Made by a program: the position numbers and the translations under genes. A model generated the notes under the pieces. That model was not told where the DNA came from and ran no database searches. It saw only the letters and a program-made list of their open reading frames with translations. A stretch of DNA of 64,000 nucleotides from the human T2T-CHM13v2.0 reference genome, Homo sapiens, in assembly GCF_009914755.1 (NCBI RefSeq), contig NC_060931.1. The stretch is one strand, 5' to 3'. Of this stretch, positions 1-15,035 are shown one piece after another (the stretch's first letter is position 1; each line of letters starts with the position of its first letter).

Positions 1-2124
<2,124 letters not shown>

Positions 2125-2900
2125 TGAGGACTAAGCTCTGATTTTTTTTTACCTTGCCCAAATTCCTATGTAAGGGGTCTGGGGAGTCATGCCTTACAAA
2201 CCATGAATTCTCATCTGGCAGGTTTTATTTAACCGTATGTATTGTGACTTACTTTCCAATCTGACTCTGGCATAACATTATGTAACATAGAAGAAAATCA
2301 AAATATTTTACCCCAAAACATGTATCTTTGCCATATTTTGAGGTGGCCCTGCAAAGCTGTCTTTTGTGGGGGAAAATTTGTATCTGTAAAGAATCACTAT
2401 TCTGTTAAAGAACTAGATCTTTTTTTTCCAGGCCCTCCCAATACTGAAGAGATTAACCGAGAGTCTAGCACCTTTAAAAAGGGCTGGAGAGGAAACATTT
2501 GTCATCTATTGTCTCTAAGGGCAGCCACTAGAAGACTTCAATAGAACCTTGGTCTCCACAGTCTTTTACCCTGAACATTTCCTTTTTTTTGATCCCAGGT
2601 CTTTAGACAAAGTCAACCAGTTGTCAACCAGAAAATGTTTACATTTACCTAGAGCTTGAAAGCTCCCCCACCTTGACACATTGAATTGCCCTGCCTTTCT
2701 GGACCAAACCAATGTATTTCTCAAATGTATTTGATTGATGTCTCATGCCTCCCTAAAATGTATAAAACAAACCTGCACCCCGACCATCTTGGGCACATGT
2801 TCTCAGGACCTCCTAAGGGATATGTCACAGCCCATGGTCACTCATATTTGGCTCAGAATAAATCTCTTCAAAGATTTTACAGCATTTGACTGTGTTCCTC
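2125..2900 (+). mobile_element. MER4A-like LTR (3' LTR of the provirus)
   Basis: Starts TGAGGACTAAGCTCTGATTTT after the PPT; TATAAAA at 2761; AATAAA at ~2857 followed by the MER4-type terminus TCTCTTCAAAGATTTTACAG. Confidence 0.8.
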
Positions 2901-4090
2901 TAAATTAGTAAGCCAAACACCCATGTAAGTTTTGTATTAAATTTTCCTATTTTGATAACAGTATCTACTAAATTTCCTACATGAAAAACCTCTCTTGTTT
3001 CTAAAAATCAGAATGTTTAGGAACTCAGAGTCTTATTTTTAAATCATAGCCACAATAAATATTTACACACTGAACAGCATCTTGTAGATTTTACAAAGCA
3101 TTAGGATAAGTGGTTTTCTTAAGTGTTTTTTTTGTTTGTTTTTTGTTTTTTTTTTTTAATTCTCAGTGCATTTAAGCTTAACTGATGGACATATTTACTG
3201 GTGAGTATTGAAATAGATTAACATCTTTTAAGTGCCAAAAGGCAAAACCACCGCTTTTTATATGTGCTGTACTAATAGAGATCCTCTGACTTTTGAAAGC
3301 TTACCCACTGCAATCAAAGCCCTAGACACTCTTTAAGCATCCAGTTCACACTACTCAGCTTTTAAAAAAACCCTCTAGTGAATTTGCTAAGCCATGCAGT
3401 TCTGGGATCCAAATGAGTGAGTGTGATTCAATCTGCATTTCCATATTCAAAATAATACAAAAAAGTCTAAAGGAGCAAAGATATTTAGGACTACAAACAC
3501 ATACATTTTAATAACAATAGATAAAAAAGAAAAATCAGATCCATGGCCAACCTGCCATGACCAAAATTTAGAAGGCCAGATTTTCACTCTTCCAGCTGAC
3601 AACATAATTAGCACCCACAATTGCCACAGACACATATTTCCTGTAGTGTTTTAATTTTTATTATTATATCACAGTTTTCTTCTTAAATAACACAATACTA
3701 AATTATAAACTCATGTCTCATTCAACTTTCAGACAGGATCATAGCTTACTTTTTTACAAGGCAGAGTTGAATATTTACAGAAATATACATATTACAAATT
3801 TTATAATCTCCCAAAATAAGCTATTACAGATTCTCTATAAATGAGGAGCAATATTAGCAGAGGAGGTAACTACAATCACATCAAAGGCAGGTAACAAACT
3901 CATTGTTTGACCAAAATGGAATGCTTGTTCTATGTTTTTGCTTGATTATTAGAACAGACTTAAAACAACCATGTAGGGAAAAATCTTTGTTGGTTTGAAT
4001 CTCAAAAAAATTTTTGAAATATAATTATTAGAAAACATTGAAGTCTTACCAAGTATATAACCTAGAGGTAACTTTTCAGACATCTTTGCA

Positions 4091-4574
4091 TGTGGTAGGC
4101 AGAACTCTAAGGTGGCCCCAACATTCCCATGCCTTGAATGTGGGTGGGACTGTGGATATAATGAGATAGTCACTTATCAGTCCTAGATTAGCTTACATCA
4201 TATAGCAAAGGGAGAGTCACTCCATGATCAGATTACATTGTATGAGACCGACTTGACCCACTGAAGAGAGAGATTGTCCTCTAGCTTCAAAGAAAACTGT
4301 CAGGGAACACGACAGCCCATAAGAAGGCAGGGACCCTGAGTTCTACAACTAAAGGAAGAAAATTCTGTCAACAGTCGGTGAATGTGGAGGAAGATCCCAA
4401 CGCCTCAAATGAGATAGAAACCTTCTCCAACACCTTGATTTCAGCCTGATGAGACCCTGGGCAGAGAACTCAGCTAACCAGTGTCTAGACTCTCAACCCG
4501 TGGAAATTGTGAAATAGTAAATTTATATTGTCTTAATGTGGTAATTTGTTGGGCAGCAGTAAAATCCAATTCAC
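4091..4574 (+). mobile_element. MaLR solo LTR, MLT1E/F-like
   Basis: Starts TGTGGTAGGCAGAACTCTAAGGTGGCCCC; 3' block ACACCTTGATTTCAGCCTG...GTGGTAATTTGTT is typical of MLT1. Confidence 0.75.
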
Positions 4575-4859
4575 TCAAAAGAAGGTTTGTGTTATCTAAA
4601 ATTCCACAATGTCTCCATTAAATACAAAACAAACAAGGTGGGGGGAAAAATCCTTATCTTTAGCAAATGAAAATATGGTTAGATAATTCAGTTTAAATTT
4701 CTCAAAATTTGCATTTTACTCGAGGGAATCAGTAAGACTAATTTTTTTTTCATAGCTCTAATAAGGATAGGTAGAGGTTTTCTGATAATATAAATAATAG
4801 AGGCTAGTAATATAGAGCATGCACGGTACAGAAAAGAAAGATCAGTGAAATCAGTACAT

Positions 4860-5030
4860 GAGACCTAGTACCAGCTAGGCCACCAATAGCTGTGTGATCT
4901 TAGGAAGTCACGTAATTTTTTTGAATCTCAGAGTCCTCATAATTAAGGGGAAGGTATACTACTCCTCAGGAGTCTGTGTATTAATAAGCTCTTTGAGGTG
5001 ATTTCCAGGCTTGTTGAAGTTTGAGAAGCT
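4860..5030. mobile_element. MIR core fragment plus short MER5-like fragment
   Basis: AGCTGTGTGATCTTAGGAAGTCAC...TCTCAG (MIR core); TAATAAGCTC...GGTGATTT...AAGTTTGAGAA (MER5-like). Confidence 0.5.
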
Positions 5031-5659
5031 TTATTTTATATGTTCAAGAGGTTTGCACATTTTTGTTCCAATTTAATACCTTATTATACATGCAGATACA
5101 GGCTTTATAGGGTCTTTGTTTATATAATTTTGGTGGGGGTTGAGGAAGGGTTCAAACTAGTTTCATGAGATTCAGAGAAAATCCTTTTTCGCCTCCTTTT
5201 GTTTTAGTTCCTTATTCACATCCATCTAATTCCAAAATCCTTGAAATAGCCCCTCCACTCCTCTGATTCTTCTGCCTCTCTACTGATACTTCCCTATCAC
5301 AGCTGAAAACAGTCACCTTTTTCCTTCTTAATATGAGAGTAAACTAACACCCCCCAAAAATGGCAAAAAAAAAAAAAAAAAAAACTCCAGGCAAAACATC
5401 AAAATAAAAAAGTAAAATACTTCCTTTAAATATACATTTCCTTTCATTTTTAGACTGACTTCTTTCTACTTCATAACTGTTAATTTCTTCCAAGTGTTGC
5501 CTAAACATACTATTTCTTTTTTTGTTTCACCCCTGGTTTACTTTTCAATTCATTGTTACGTGGTGAAATAAGTACCCTCACAAAGGAAACAACCTCCTCC
5601 TGCTAAATCTGTCCCTATGTTGCTGAATCTTTCAGCAGCATTTAACACTCTTTATCCCC

Positions 5660-6990
5660 AGTGACACTTTTTTTTTAGGAAGAATTTAAAACATAAAGTT
5701 TAAATCATACAATGATTACATTTATGCCCACCACTGTTGGGAACAGTCCCCCCAAAATCTGGCCATAAACTGGCCCCAAAACTGGCCATAAACAAAATCT
5801 CTGCAGCACTGTGACATGTTCATGATGGCCATGACACCCATGCTGGAAGGTTGTGGGTTTAACGGAATGAGGGCAAGGAACACCCGGCCTGCCCAGGGTG
5901 GTAAACCGCTTAAAGGGGTTCTTAAACCACAAACAATAGCATGAACGATCTGTGCCTTAAGGGCATGTTCCTGCTGCAGATAACTAGGGAGACCCATACC
6001 TTTATTTCGGCCCATCCCTTCGTTTCCCATAAGGGATACTTCTAGTTAATCGAATATCTATAGAAACAATGCTAATGACTGGCTTGTTAATAAATATGTG
6101 GGTAAATCTCTGTTCGGGGCTCTCAGCTCTGAAGGCTGTGAGACCCCTGATTTCCTACTTTATACCTCTATATTTCTGTGTGTGTGTCTTTAATTCCTCT
6201 AGCCCTGCTGGGTTAGGGTATCCCAACCGAGCTGGTCTCGGCACACCACCTAGATTCTTCAGTAATCTTTGCGACCTTGCCATTTGCTGTGTCTAGCATA
6301 TATTTTGCTAAATGATTGTGTAGGTAAATTGTGAATATCATGTCATGCACACACCTTCAAATGTTAGTACTTCAGCTTGTACTTTCTAAGCATAATGACA
6401 TTTTCCCATAACACAAAGCGTTATACAGTACATATTCATATTTCCTAATTGTCCCTGAAAGGTCTTTAGCTATTTTACTTCTTGTATAAGCTCATACTCA
6501 GGTATCAGACAGTGCATTTTGTTGTTATGTTCTTTAAACTCTTATAATCTTGAGTTCCTCACTGTCTTCCATGATGACTTTGACCTGTTAAACAGTGTAG
6601 GTCAGTTGCCTTTGGAATGGCCCACATTTCATTTCATCCTGTTTTCACACATTATTCTTCTAATCCCTGAATTTGCTATAAACAGGAGATACAGTTTAAA
6701 CATTCTTTGGAGACAATTTCTTCATAGGTGATACTGATTGTTTCATATTACACCCTGGCAGTAGGCCCCTAAGTCAGATGGACCCTCTATTAGTGACGTT
6801 CAGTTTGGTCATTTGGTGACAGTAATGTCTGCCAGGTTTTTCTTTCTAAAGATATATATATATATATATAAATTTTTTTTCCCTTTGCAACTTGTGGAGT
6901 GATATTTTAATATGTGCAAATAATCTTTTGCCTAGTGGTATTAGCGGCCATTGTTGAGCCCTTGCCTGAATCAGCATTTCACTGGGGTTG
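5660..6990 (-). mobile_element. Old L1 (L1MC/ME) 3' fragment split by the MER9 LTR
   Basis: Degenerate antisense L1 3'UTR-like sequence that continues on both sides of the MER9 TSD. Confidence 0.5.
5735..6243 (+). mobile_element. MER9 solo LTR (HERV-K9/HML-3)
   Basis: TGTTGGGAACAGTCCCCCAAAATCTGGCCATAAACTGGCCCC...GCTGGTCTCGGCA; TG...CA termini; perfect 6-bp TSD CACCAC at 5729-5734 and 6244-6249. Confidence 0.93.
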
Positions 6991-8069
6991 AAGAATGGTC
7001 CCTTCCTTCTCGAAAAGCTTTCTACCCTTGGCATCAGCAATATCACAAGATCTTTGTCTATGTTTATATTTCCCCTTATATTCTGGTCCCTTTGCAAGCT
7101 CCTTTGCTTTTGCTCCTCCATAAATGTTGGTATTCCTCAGGGTTCTTCCTGTGAGCTGGACCGTTTTCAGTTACGGTTGGTACTCATTAAATATCTTGAG
7201 AAAGGGAAATTTGGAATGTGCATTTTAATAGAATTAGAAAAAAATCATTTCTCCATTGCCATTTTAAGGTTTATTTCAGCATTCAGGGCAACTGATCTCC
7301 AAAATTACCAACCATATGGTTAGTTCTTTGGAATGTCATAGTTCTAAATATTTAACTATATAGATTTTCAAGGACTGCTTTTACTACCATGAAGACTTTA
7401 AAGCAGCATTTAACATTTGTATCAACACAGAAGATGGAGAAGACATAGTCTCACTGGCAGCGCAAAACCTTGTCCTGTGCATGGTCACACGCTCAGCCAC
7501 CAGGGCAGGCTCAGCTGGCTTTCAATATGTGTGAATGCCTTGCTGAGGTATCTCTAAAGGAGATACTTTATGTTTCCTTATTTTCATATTTTATTATTTC
7601 CATGTGTTAAAAAAAATGTACATGGGTAGTTTATCAAAGAATCATATAGCAGTTTACTGAACTTACAATTAAATTTTCTAAAAAGATTAAAACTCATGGC
7701 CAGCTAACAGCCACATCAACAACTAAACATACCGGAATCCTGTAGCTGTTCAATTTAATAAAAATTTGCAGGAGGGGTGATTAGCTTCTCTCTCTTTTTT
7801 TTTGTCTTTTTAACTTTTAAATTCCCACTTTCAGTGCCCAGATGCCACTCCATAAATACTCATCAATTGTCTCTACTCTTTTCACTGAATTATAAATGAT
7901 CATTTCAACTGATGTTTATTCAAAATTCAATTTCCCTTAATTTGGAAGACAAATAACTGAAATAGGACTATATTTTACACAAAATCCAGATGACCATAGT
8001 AGGTCATCCAACCCACCTTCAAAATTATTCAAGAATAATTAATTTTTCAATGGTTACTTTGAGATATTA

Positions 8070-8437
<368 letters not shown>

Positions 8438-9004
8438 TAGATTGATATATATTTTATAGAGACTATTGTTAAATGTATTCTAATGCTTTAAATCCAAAAT
8501 ATCAGATTATCTACAACATACTGTTTTCTAAGCTTCTGGATAAATGAGTGGTTTAATATTGTTATAAATGCCTAAAGTTATAGCTATTTCATAGCTGACT
8601 TAATTCAACAACCCTTGTCTAAGAAGAATAATCATGAATGTAAAAGGATGCCATTGAGATTCTTAAAATTGTACCACTTAGAATATACAGATCTGTCAGC
8701 AGGTCAGCTGGGATAAGGGGTTTGTCAGGAGTGTTATGAACAATTTGATTCTTAATTAAAATAAAACTCATGGAAAGAAAATGAGTTTTACTTAAAATGA
8801 GAATAATAGAGTGCATTCATTCCATTAGCCAGTATTCTTAATAGCTTAACATTTATATTGTGTTGATTTTACAAAACAGTTACCTAAGATTCTTTTTATT
8901 GGGCAGTCATTCACAACATATATCATAAACTATCATAATGTTTATGTTTGTTTGTTTGTTTTTAAAGAGTAAAGTCAGTCAACTTAGTGGATACAATTGG
9001 AAGC

Positions 9005-9440
9005 TATATTAGTTTGCTAGGGCTGCCATTACAAAGTACCATAAACTGGGTGGCTTGGAACTGCAGAAATTTATTTTCCCATGGTTCTAGAAGTCAGAAG
9101 TCTGAAATCAAGGTATCAGCAGGATTATCCTCTTCTGAAGGCAGTAGGGAAGGATTTGTTCCAAGACCTTCTCTTAGCTTCTGGCGTTTCTTTGGCTTAC
9201 AGCAACATAACTTCAGTCTTCACAGGGTATTCTCCCCCTGAGTGTGCCTTTGTGTCCAAATCTTCCCTTTTTATAAGAACATCAGTCATATTGGAATTAG
9301 GGGTCTACTCTACTATAACTCATCTTAAATAATTATGTTTCCAATGACCCAATTTCCAATAAGCTCATATTATTCTAAAGTCTAGGGCTTAGGTCTTCAG
9401 CATAGGAATTTGGGAGGATGACATAATTTGATTCCTAAGA
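9005..9440 (-). mobile_element. MaLR solo LTR, MLT1B/C-like
   Basis: TATTAGTTTGCTAGGGCTGCCATTACAAAGTACCATAAACTGGGTGGCTT...TCTGAAATCAAGGT. Confidence 0.85.
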
Positions 9441-9672
9441 AAAGATAATTGCCCATTTTGGAAATTATATCCCCTCAAAAATTAGTGGAATAAGCCACTT
9501 TGAAGTCCCTTAAATTTAATACCATATACAAATAAATGTAAGAAATATATACTCTATGGTCATATGTCTACAGGTAACTCACTTTTGTGATACTTTCATT
9601 CAATAAAAATAGATAGTAAGTAATTCACCTTAGTCTTTATTGACATCTATTAAAATTAAGCAAGACAATAGC

Positions 9673-9675
<3 letters not shown>

Positions 9676-9740
<65 letters not shown>

Positions 9741-9748
9741 TTTTCTTT
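9676..9748. repeat. (TA)n microsatellite followed by poly-T
   Basis: Seen directly. Confidence 0.97.
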
Positions 9749-10834
9749 TAAAGGGTCTCCAAACTACTACCTAATTTCATAGAGTCCCAAACACATGTTG
9801 ACACCTATTTCTCATCCCAACATACACATCCCAAAGGTATTAGGCTTAGGTCATTTGAGATGGTTCACATGTAAAAATCTGGGTCACTGTGCCCTGTGAT
9901 CTCCTTATACTTTGGTGTATGCCCTTACAGCTTTAGGCCTTGCCTAATCACATGCTCCCTGGGAAGTTACAACTAAGTAGTTTCTCCTTCTAAACCACCC
10001 AGCAGCTATTCAAAACTGTGATTCTTGTGCAAGTTCGATCTCTTCTATTTCTCTTTTGCAGTGTGTAAGAAGGAAGGGAAGAGGGCAGGAAAGGAAAATG
10101 TTTGAAGTTAGAACTTGTGAACATGTAAAAGAGAAACAGTGGGTTATGGAAAATACAATAAAAAATATAAGACAGAGATGAACAGTGTGAATCTTAAAAC
10201 TATAAGATGAGAATTTATTTCTTTCAGTTTGACCTCTTGGTATTTATTGATTTTGGAACATTATAGATGTTAAGAAACCTTACTTGTTAGTTATAGCCAT
10301 ACCTTTGAACCCTCAATCAAGGAGAAACACAGTAATTGACATGAAAATCTCTTTTTTTGGACAAATTCAGACAAAAGATTAGGTTATTGGGAGAAATCTT
10401 GCCATTATAAGAATGTGATGTCATAATTTTCAGAAACTTAGAGAAACACAATGCAGATTTAAAATTTAGTATTAAAGATCTATTGATATATCATGTTAAT
10501 AGTTCAAATTAGAAATGCCATATGAGTATCAGAATAGTTGAGTAAAATATTCTCTATGATTTTATACTTATTTTGGATTTCAAAAATTCAGTAAATTTAA
10601 ATAAATTAAAAAGGTATTTATGTAACATATTAAAGAATATATACCTGTAATCAACAAACATGTATTTACCAATAAAGCATTGGAGATGTGCAGATTAAAC
10701 TTAAGAACAGAAATAGGATGTTATCTATAATCTCTGGTAGTTCACCTATTTCCAGAAGCTCTAGCCAATGGAAAAAGGCAAGAAATATAATATGCACAAC
10801 CATCAGAAAAGCAGAGAGTAAAATTGGGAATTAA

Positions 10835-10982
10835 GTGCCTCAGTTTACTTATATGTAAAATGTGATATTAATGGTATCTATATTTCAGGGTTATTTCAAA
10901 GAAGATAATACTGCAAAGCGCTTGGAATATGCATATGTTTACAGTAAGTATTAAATAGAAATTAGCTATTATGATTACTATT
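10835..10982 (+). mobile_element. MIR 3' fragment
   Basis: GTGCCTCAGTTTACTTATATGTAAAATG...AAATTAGCTATTAT. Confidence 0.7.
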
Positions 10983-11283
10983 ATTTGTAGATATAATTCT
11001 ATAACTTTAAAATAAAGAAAATCAATTAATAAATTATTAGAACTTTATTATAAGCTTCAGTCATGAATTTTCTTACATAAAATAATGTTAGAAAATAATA
11101 GAAAACATTTTATTCATAATAGCAACAAAAAGGTATAATCTAATCAGAAATGAACTTACTAATAAATATGAGGTCTTTCTTAAGAAACATTGCTAATACT
11201 CAGAGAAATAAAAAAAGCAGTGTCATGTTCTTGCATAGAAAAAATGACTTCATTTCCCAAATTAATTTACTATTATAATTGCA

Positions 11284-11589
11284 TTTTTTTTTTTACTTCT
11301 GATGATAAGGTCTTCCTCTATCACCTAGGCTGGAGTGCAATGGCACGATCATAACTCACTGCAAACTCAAACTCCTGGGCTCAAGTGATCCTTCCACTTC
11401 ATCCTCCCAAGTAGCTGAGACTGCAGGCACACGACTCCACACCCAGCTTACTTTTTTATTTTTAATTTTTGCAGAGATGGGGTCTCACTTTGTTTCCCAG
11501 ACTGGTCTTGAACTCCTGTCCTTAAGTGATCCTCCAGCCTTGGCCTCCCAAAGTACTGGAATTTCAGGTGTAAGCCACTGTGTCTAGTG
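11284..11589 (-). mobile_element. Alu (AluJ)
   Basis: Diverged antisense Alu dimer with CTCCTGGGCTCAAGTGATCC. Confidence 0.92.
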
Positions 11590-12527
11590 CCCAGTTTTCT
11601 TTATAAAATAAAATGTGACAAAATGATTACACTAACCAACAAAAATAAATATGGAAGACTAGCTCTGATAAATCTTAAAATTTAGAGTGATGAGGAAGGG
11701 ACCTGTTCTATAGAACATTCTACCATATTATAAAGCTGAAGTCATTAAAACATTATAATAGTACTTAGAAATCAATACTAATGGAACAGAATTTACAGTT
11801 CCTTAACATATACCAGAATATCAGAACTCAAAATAAGATAAGGTACAGATCACCAGAGAAGAATTCAGTGTGTCATATTTTCCAGAAAGAACCATTAATA
11901 AATTGTTAGATCAATTTTGTGAACCACAGGCAGTTTTTTTTTATTTGAAACGGAATGGGATGGAAAGGAAAGGAATATAATATAATAGAAAATATTAGAA
12001 TTCATCACATAATACTGAGGATAAAAATTATTTTAGACACTTTCATTTCAGTTATAGGTATGTATATAAGTGTTCACGTGTGTCAGCGTGTTCTAGATTG
12101 TGATGTAAAATTTATTTTTTCTCTTACTGTGGGTTGTGCTCCAAAAAGTTTGAATACCTCTCCAATAAATAATTTGGGGTAATTAATTAATTGAAAAAGA
12201 ATCATCTATTTATATCCTTGTCTTCTGCTAAATAATGAAACAAAATATAGATGAGTATTTTTTAAGATTACTATAATAAATTTAAATGGATATATGTATA
12301 TAAGATCGCTAGGAAAATACTTTAGAAGCATAAAAGGGAAGAAACCACAAAGAAAATTATTTGCACGTCTGAATTCACACATACACAAATGTGTGGTTCA
12401 GAAGGTAATCAAAAGTGATGAGAACATGACAAACTGGGGAAAAAAATTACAACAAAATACCTTTAATGTATTAAAGAAACGTATACCCTTCATGTGTAAA
12501 GAGAACTTGGCAATCAATTTTTTTTTA

Positions 12528-12668
12528 AGCTGGGTGCAGTGGCTCATACCTATAATCCCAGCACTTTGGGAGGCCAAGGTGGGAGGATCTTAAATCAGCC
12601 TGGTCACCATAACAAGACCCCCATCTCTATATTAATAAAAAAATTTAAATTTTTTAAAAAAAGAAATA
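12528..12668 (+). mobile_element. Alu left monomer (FLAM-like)
   Basis: GCTGGGTGCAGTGGCTCATACCTATAATCCCAGCACTTTGGGAGG followed by an A-rich tail, no right arm. Confidence 0.85.
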
Positions 12669-13503
12669 AATTATTAAAAAAACACTCATTCTCTAGGTAG
12701 ACATTTTGTAGAAAAAATATATAACTGAATACAAAATGTTTACTTTCAAAAAAGTAATTAATTAGACAACAAAAAAGTAAATAATTAGACAACAGTGAAA
12801 TATTATCTTCCTTTTCAAATCTTGCAAGAACTATTGGAAAAGATATAAATACTGTCTGTGGCAATCTAAGTTGATGCACACTATTTTGGACTCCAATGTG
12901 GCAATATATCAAGAACCTAAATGTTAGTGCTCTTGGGCCAAGTAATTCCATTTTGTTTAGTTTCGTCCAAAGAAGTTGTCTGAAATATGCACCATAGTTC
13001 AGCTATTGATACCATTACTTGTAATGGTGCTCATTAAATGCTGTGTACATCAAGCAGAACAAGCTGCAGAAGATACATGCTTTCATTTGAATATTTTTCA
13101 ATGAAATAGAGAAAACAATCTATAAATGAGAAAATCTGAATCAAAATTTTATATATGTCCAAAAGAAAAATGATTAGAAGAAAAAACACTGACTGATTTT
13201 CTCTGTGTTGATAGATGTGGAGATTATAGGTAATTTTCAATTTTCTTCTTTATATTTCTTTATTTGTCCATATATCTCTAATGAGTACATATTTCTTTTA
13301 TAATACTAAAAGGCAATTCAGTTTATTTTTAAACAAAACAACCTCTCTGTTGCCCCCTTCCCATCTTGCTTTAGTACTGGTTTTCTAAGGATTTCCCTAA
13401 ATGAGATTACAATGGTTTCAAATTAAAACATCAGTTGTCCCTATCTAAATTGGTTCTTTGAAAAATGAATGCCTGAAGGTGTTGTAAACTGCTCTTCTAA
13501 GTG

Positions 13504-13833
13504 CAGTCATGTGTCATTTAATGACAAGGATAGTTCTGAGAAATGCATCCTCAGGCAATTTCACCGTAGTATACTTACATAGAGCGTACTTACATAAACA
13601 TAGGTGGTGTAGCCTACTACATACCTAGGCTATGTAGGATAGCCTATTGCTCCTAAGCTACAAATTTGTACAGCATGTTACTGTACTGAATAGTAGGCTA
13701 TTGTAACACAATAAGTATTTGTGTATTCGAATATATCTAAACATAGAAAAGATACACTATTATAATCTTATGAGACCACTGTCCTACATGTGGTCCATTG
13801 TTGACTGAAACATCATCATGCAGCACATGACTG
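13504..13833 (-). mobile_element. Tigger3a (MER7A) non-autonomous TcMar-Tigger DNA transposon
   Basis: Terminal inverted repeats CAGTCATGTG...CACATGACTG, TA target on the right, ~330 bp. Confidence 0.85.
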
Positions 13834-14164
13834 TACAATTAAGCATTTCCCTAGTCATTTTGTTTTGTGTTTCAGTGATTTATTTTTCTTAATACAAACC
13901 TTGCATGGGGCATTAACCTCAGTATTTTCATTTGTTACCTCTCTCACCTGTTAAAGACAAGAAATTGAAGGAGCTAACACAGACCTGCTAATATAATAGT
14001 TTCCTGTTAAACATGTTAATGAATTAATATTGTAAAAGATAACAAAGCTTGCTAAGTAAATGAAAATGTCACCCCTTCTGTGTTAGCATAAGGCACTTTG
14101 ATTACTTCATATTGCATATGCATGTGGTGGACATCATGATGCCCACTCGAATATACCTTTAAGG

Positions 14165-14450
14165 AAGGACCTGCTGCCTCGTCAGGATTGCCCCAGCTGC
14201 CTTGCTTACAGTCAGTCCCCTTCCTGGTATTGCCCACATCCACTTACTGACAAGGTGGGAGTATAAAGACCTCACCCTCTCAGCCTGATTTAGGAGGACT
14301 CAAGGACCATTCTAGGTCCCAAGCATCCTGTTGAATTAGGCCTGCACTGCAGTTTCACCTTTCCCTCTGCACAGTATTTCTTCTCTTCTTTTTCACAATG
14401 GCATATCTTAAGAAACTCATACAAGGTCAACTCCATCTCAGAATGAGAAC
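14165..14450 (+). mobile_element. ERVL LTR16-like fragment
   Basis: GGGAGTATAAAGACC...CACTGCAGTTTCACCTTTCCCTCTGC...CTCCATCTCAGA matches the LTR16 layout. Confidence 0.6.
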
Positions 14451-14866
14451 ACTCTCTGGAACAATGAATTACTTCAGTGAATACAGGTGTACTAGTGGCC
14501 TCTTGGATATATTTTGGATTTTATTATCATAAAAATTGATGAATGAAATTGTAGAATCAGAGATATATAGATACATTAATAAGAAAACACCTAAAACCAA
14601 GCTCACCTTAGATCATTATAGAATTTGCCTTTGCCCACTACTCATTAATAGTTACCAGTTTATAATTTTATAAAACACCGTGATCTGAGTTTGGGAGAAC
14701 TTGACAATTTATTTTGTAATATCTTAGTAAAATAATTTTTTAAAAAAATCACTGTTGTATCAAGCTTTGGGTTAGTTTTAGTAAAATGACACACTCAATG
14801 TACTAATTTGAAATCTTTTCTTGATTGCAGCTAAATAGTTGATTCTGATCCATGTGTCCCCCTCAC

Positions 14867-15035
14867 TCTGTTCCACATATGGCAACAAACAATCGCATAA
14901 GTTTAGCAAACTGAACCTTGTTTTTGACACTTTGCAGTGCTTCAAATGATGCGGAATCAGAAAGCAGCGATTGAAACTTACTAACCCGACCTGCTAGTCT
15001 TTGAACTGAAGCTCTTTGCTGCCCTCTGTAGATAC
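14867..15035 (-). other. Candidate spliced exon of an unidentified transcript (possibly lncRNA)
   Basis: Acceptor ttgccgttttcatctctAG and donor GA|GTGAGG; 169 nt, one open frame; locally retained CpGs; no recognisable protein. Confidence 0.3.

Larger units (their letters stand above)
10430..13320 (+). mobile_element. Highly degraded L1 (L1M/L1ME) ORF2-3'UTR fragments, interrupted by MIR-like, Alu and DNA-transposon inserts
   Basis: A-rich sense-strand L1 ORF2-like blocks in collinear order (e.g. CTAGCCAATG..AAGGCAAGAAA, AATGGAACAGAAT, GTGGCAATATATCAAGAACC). Confidence 0.55.

Noticed and set aside
3447-3640. Possible terminal minus-strand exon (KYVSVAIVGANYVVSWKSENLAF*)
   Set aside because: The acceptor lacks a polypyrimidine tract (taaaaattaaaacactacag) and the peptide is not recognisable
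14052-14243. His-rich 63-aa ORF
   Set aside because: Starts inside an LTR16-like fragment, with no convincing splice or homology support
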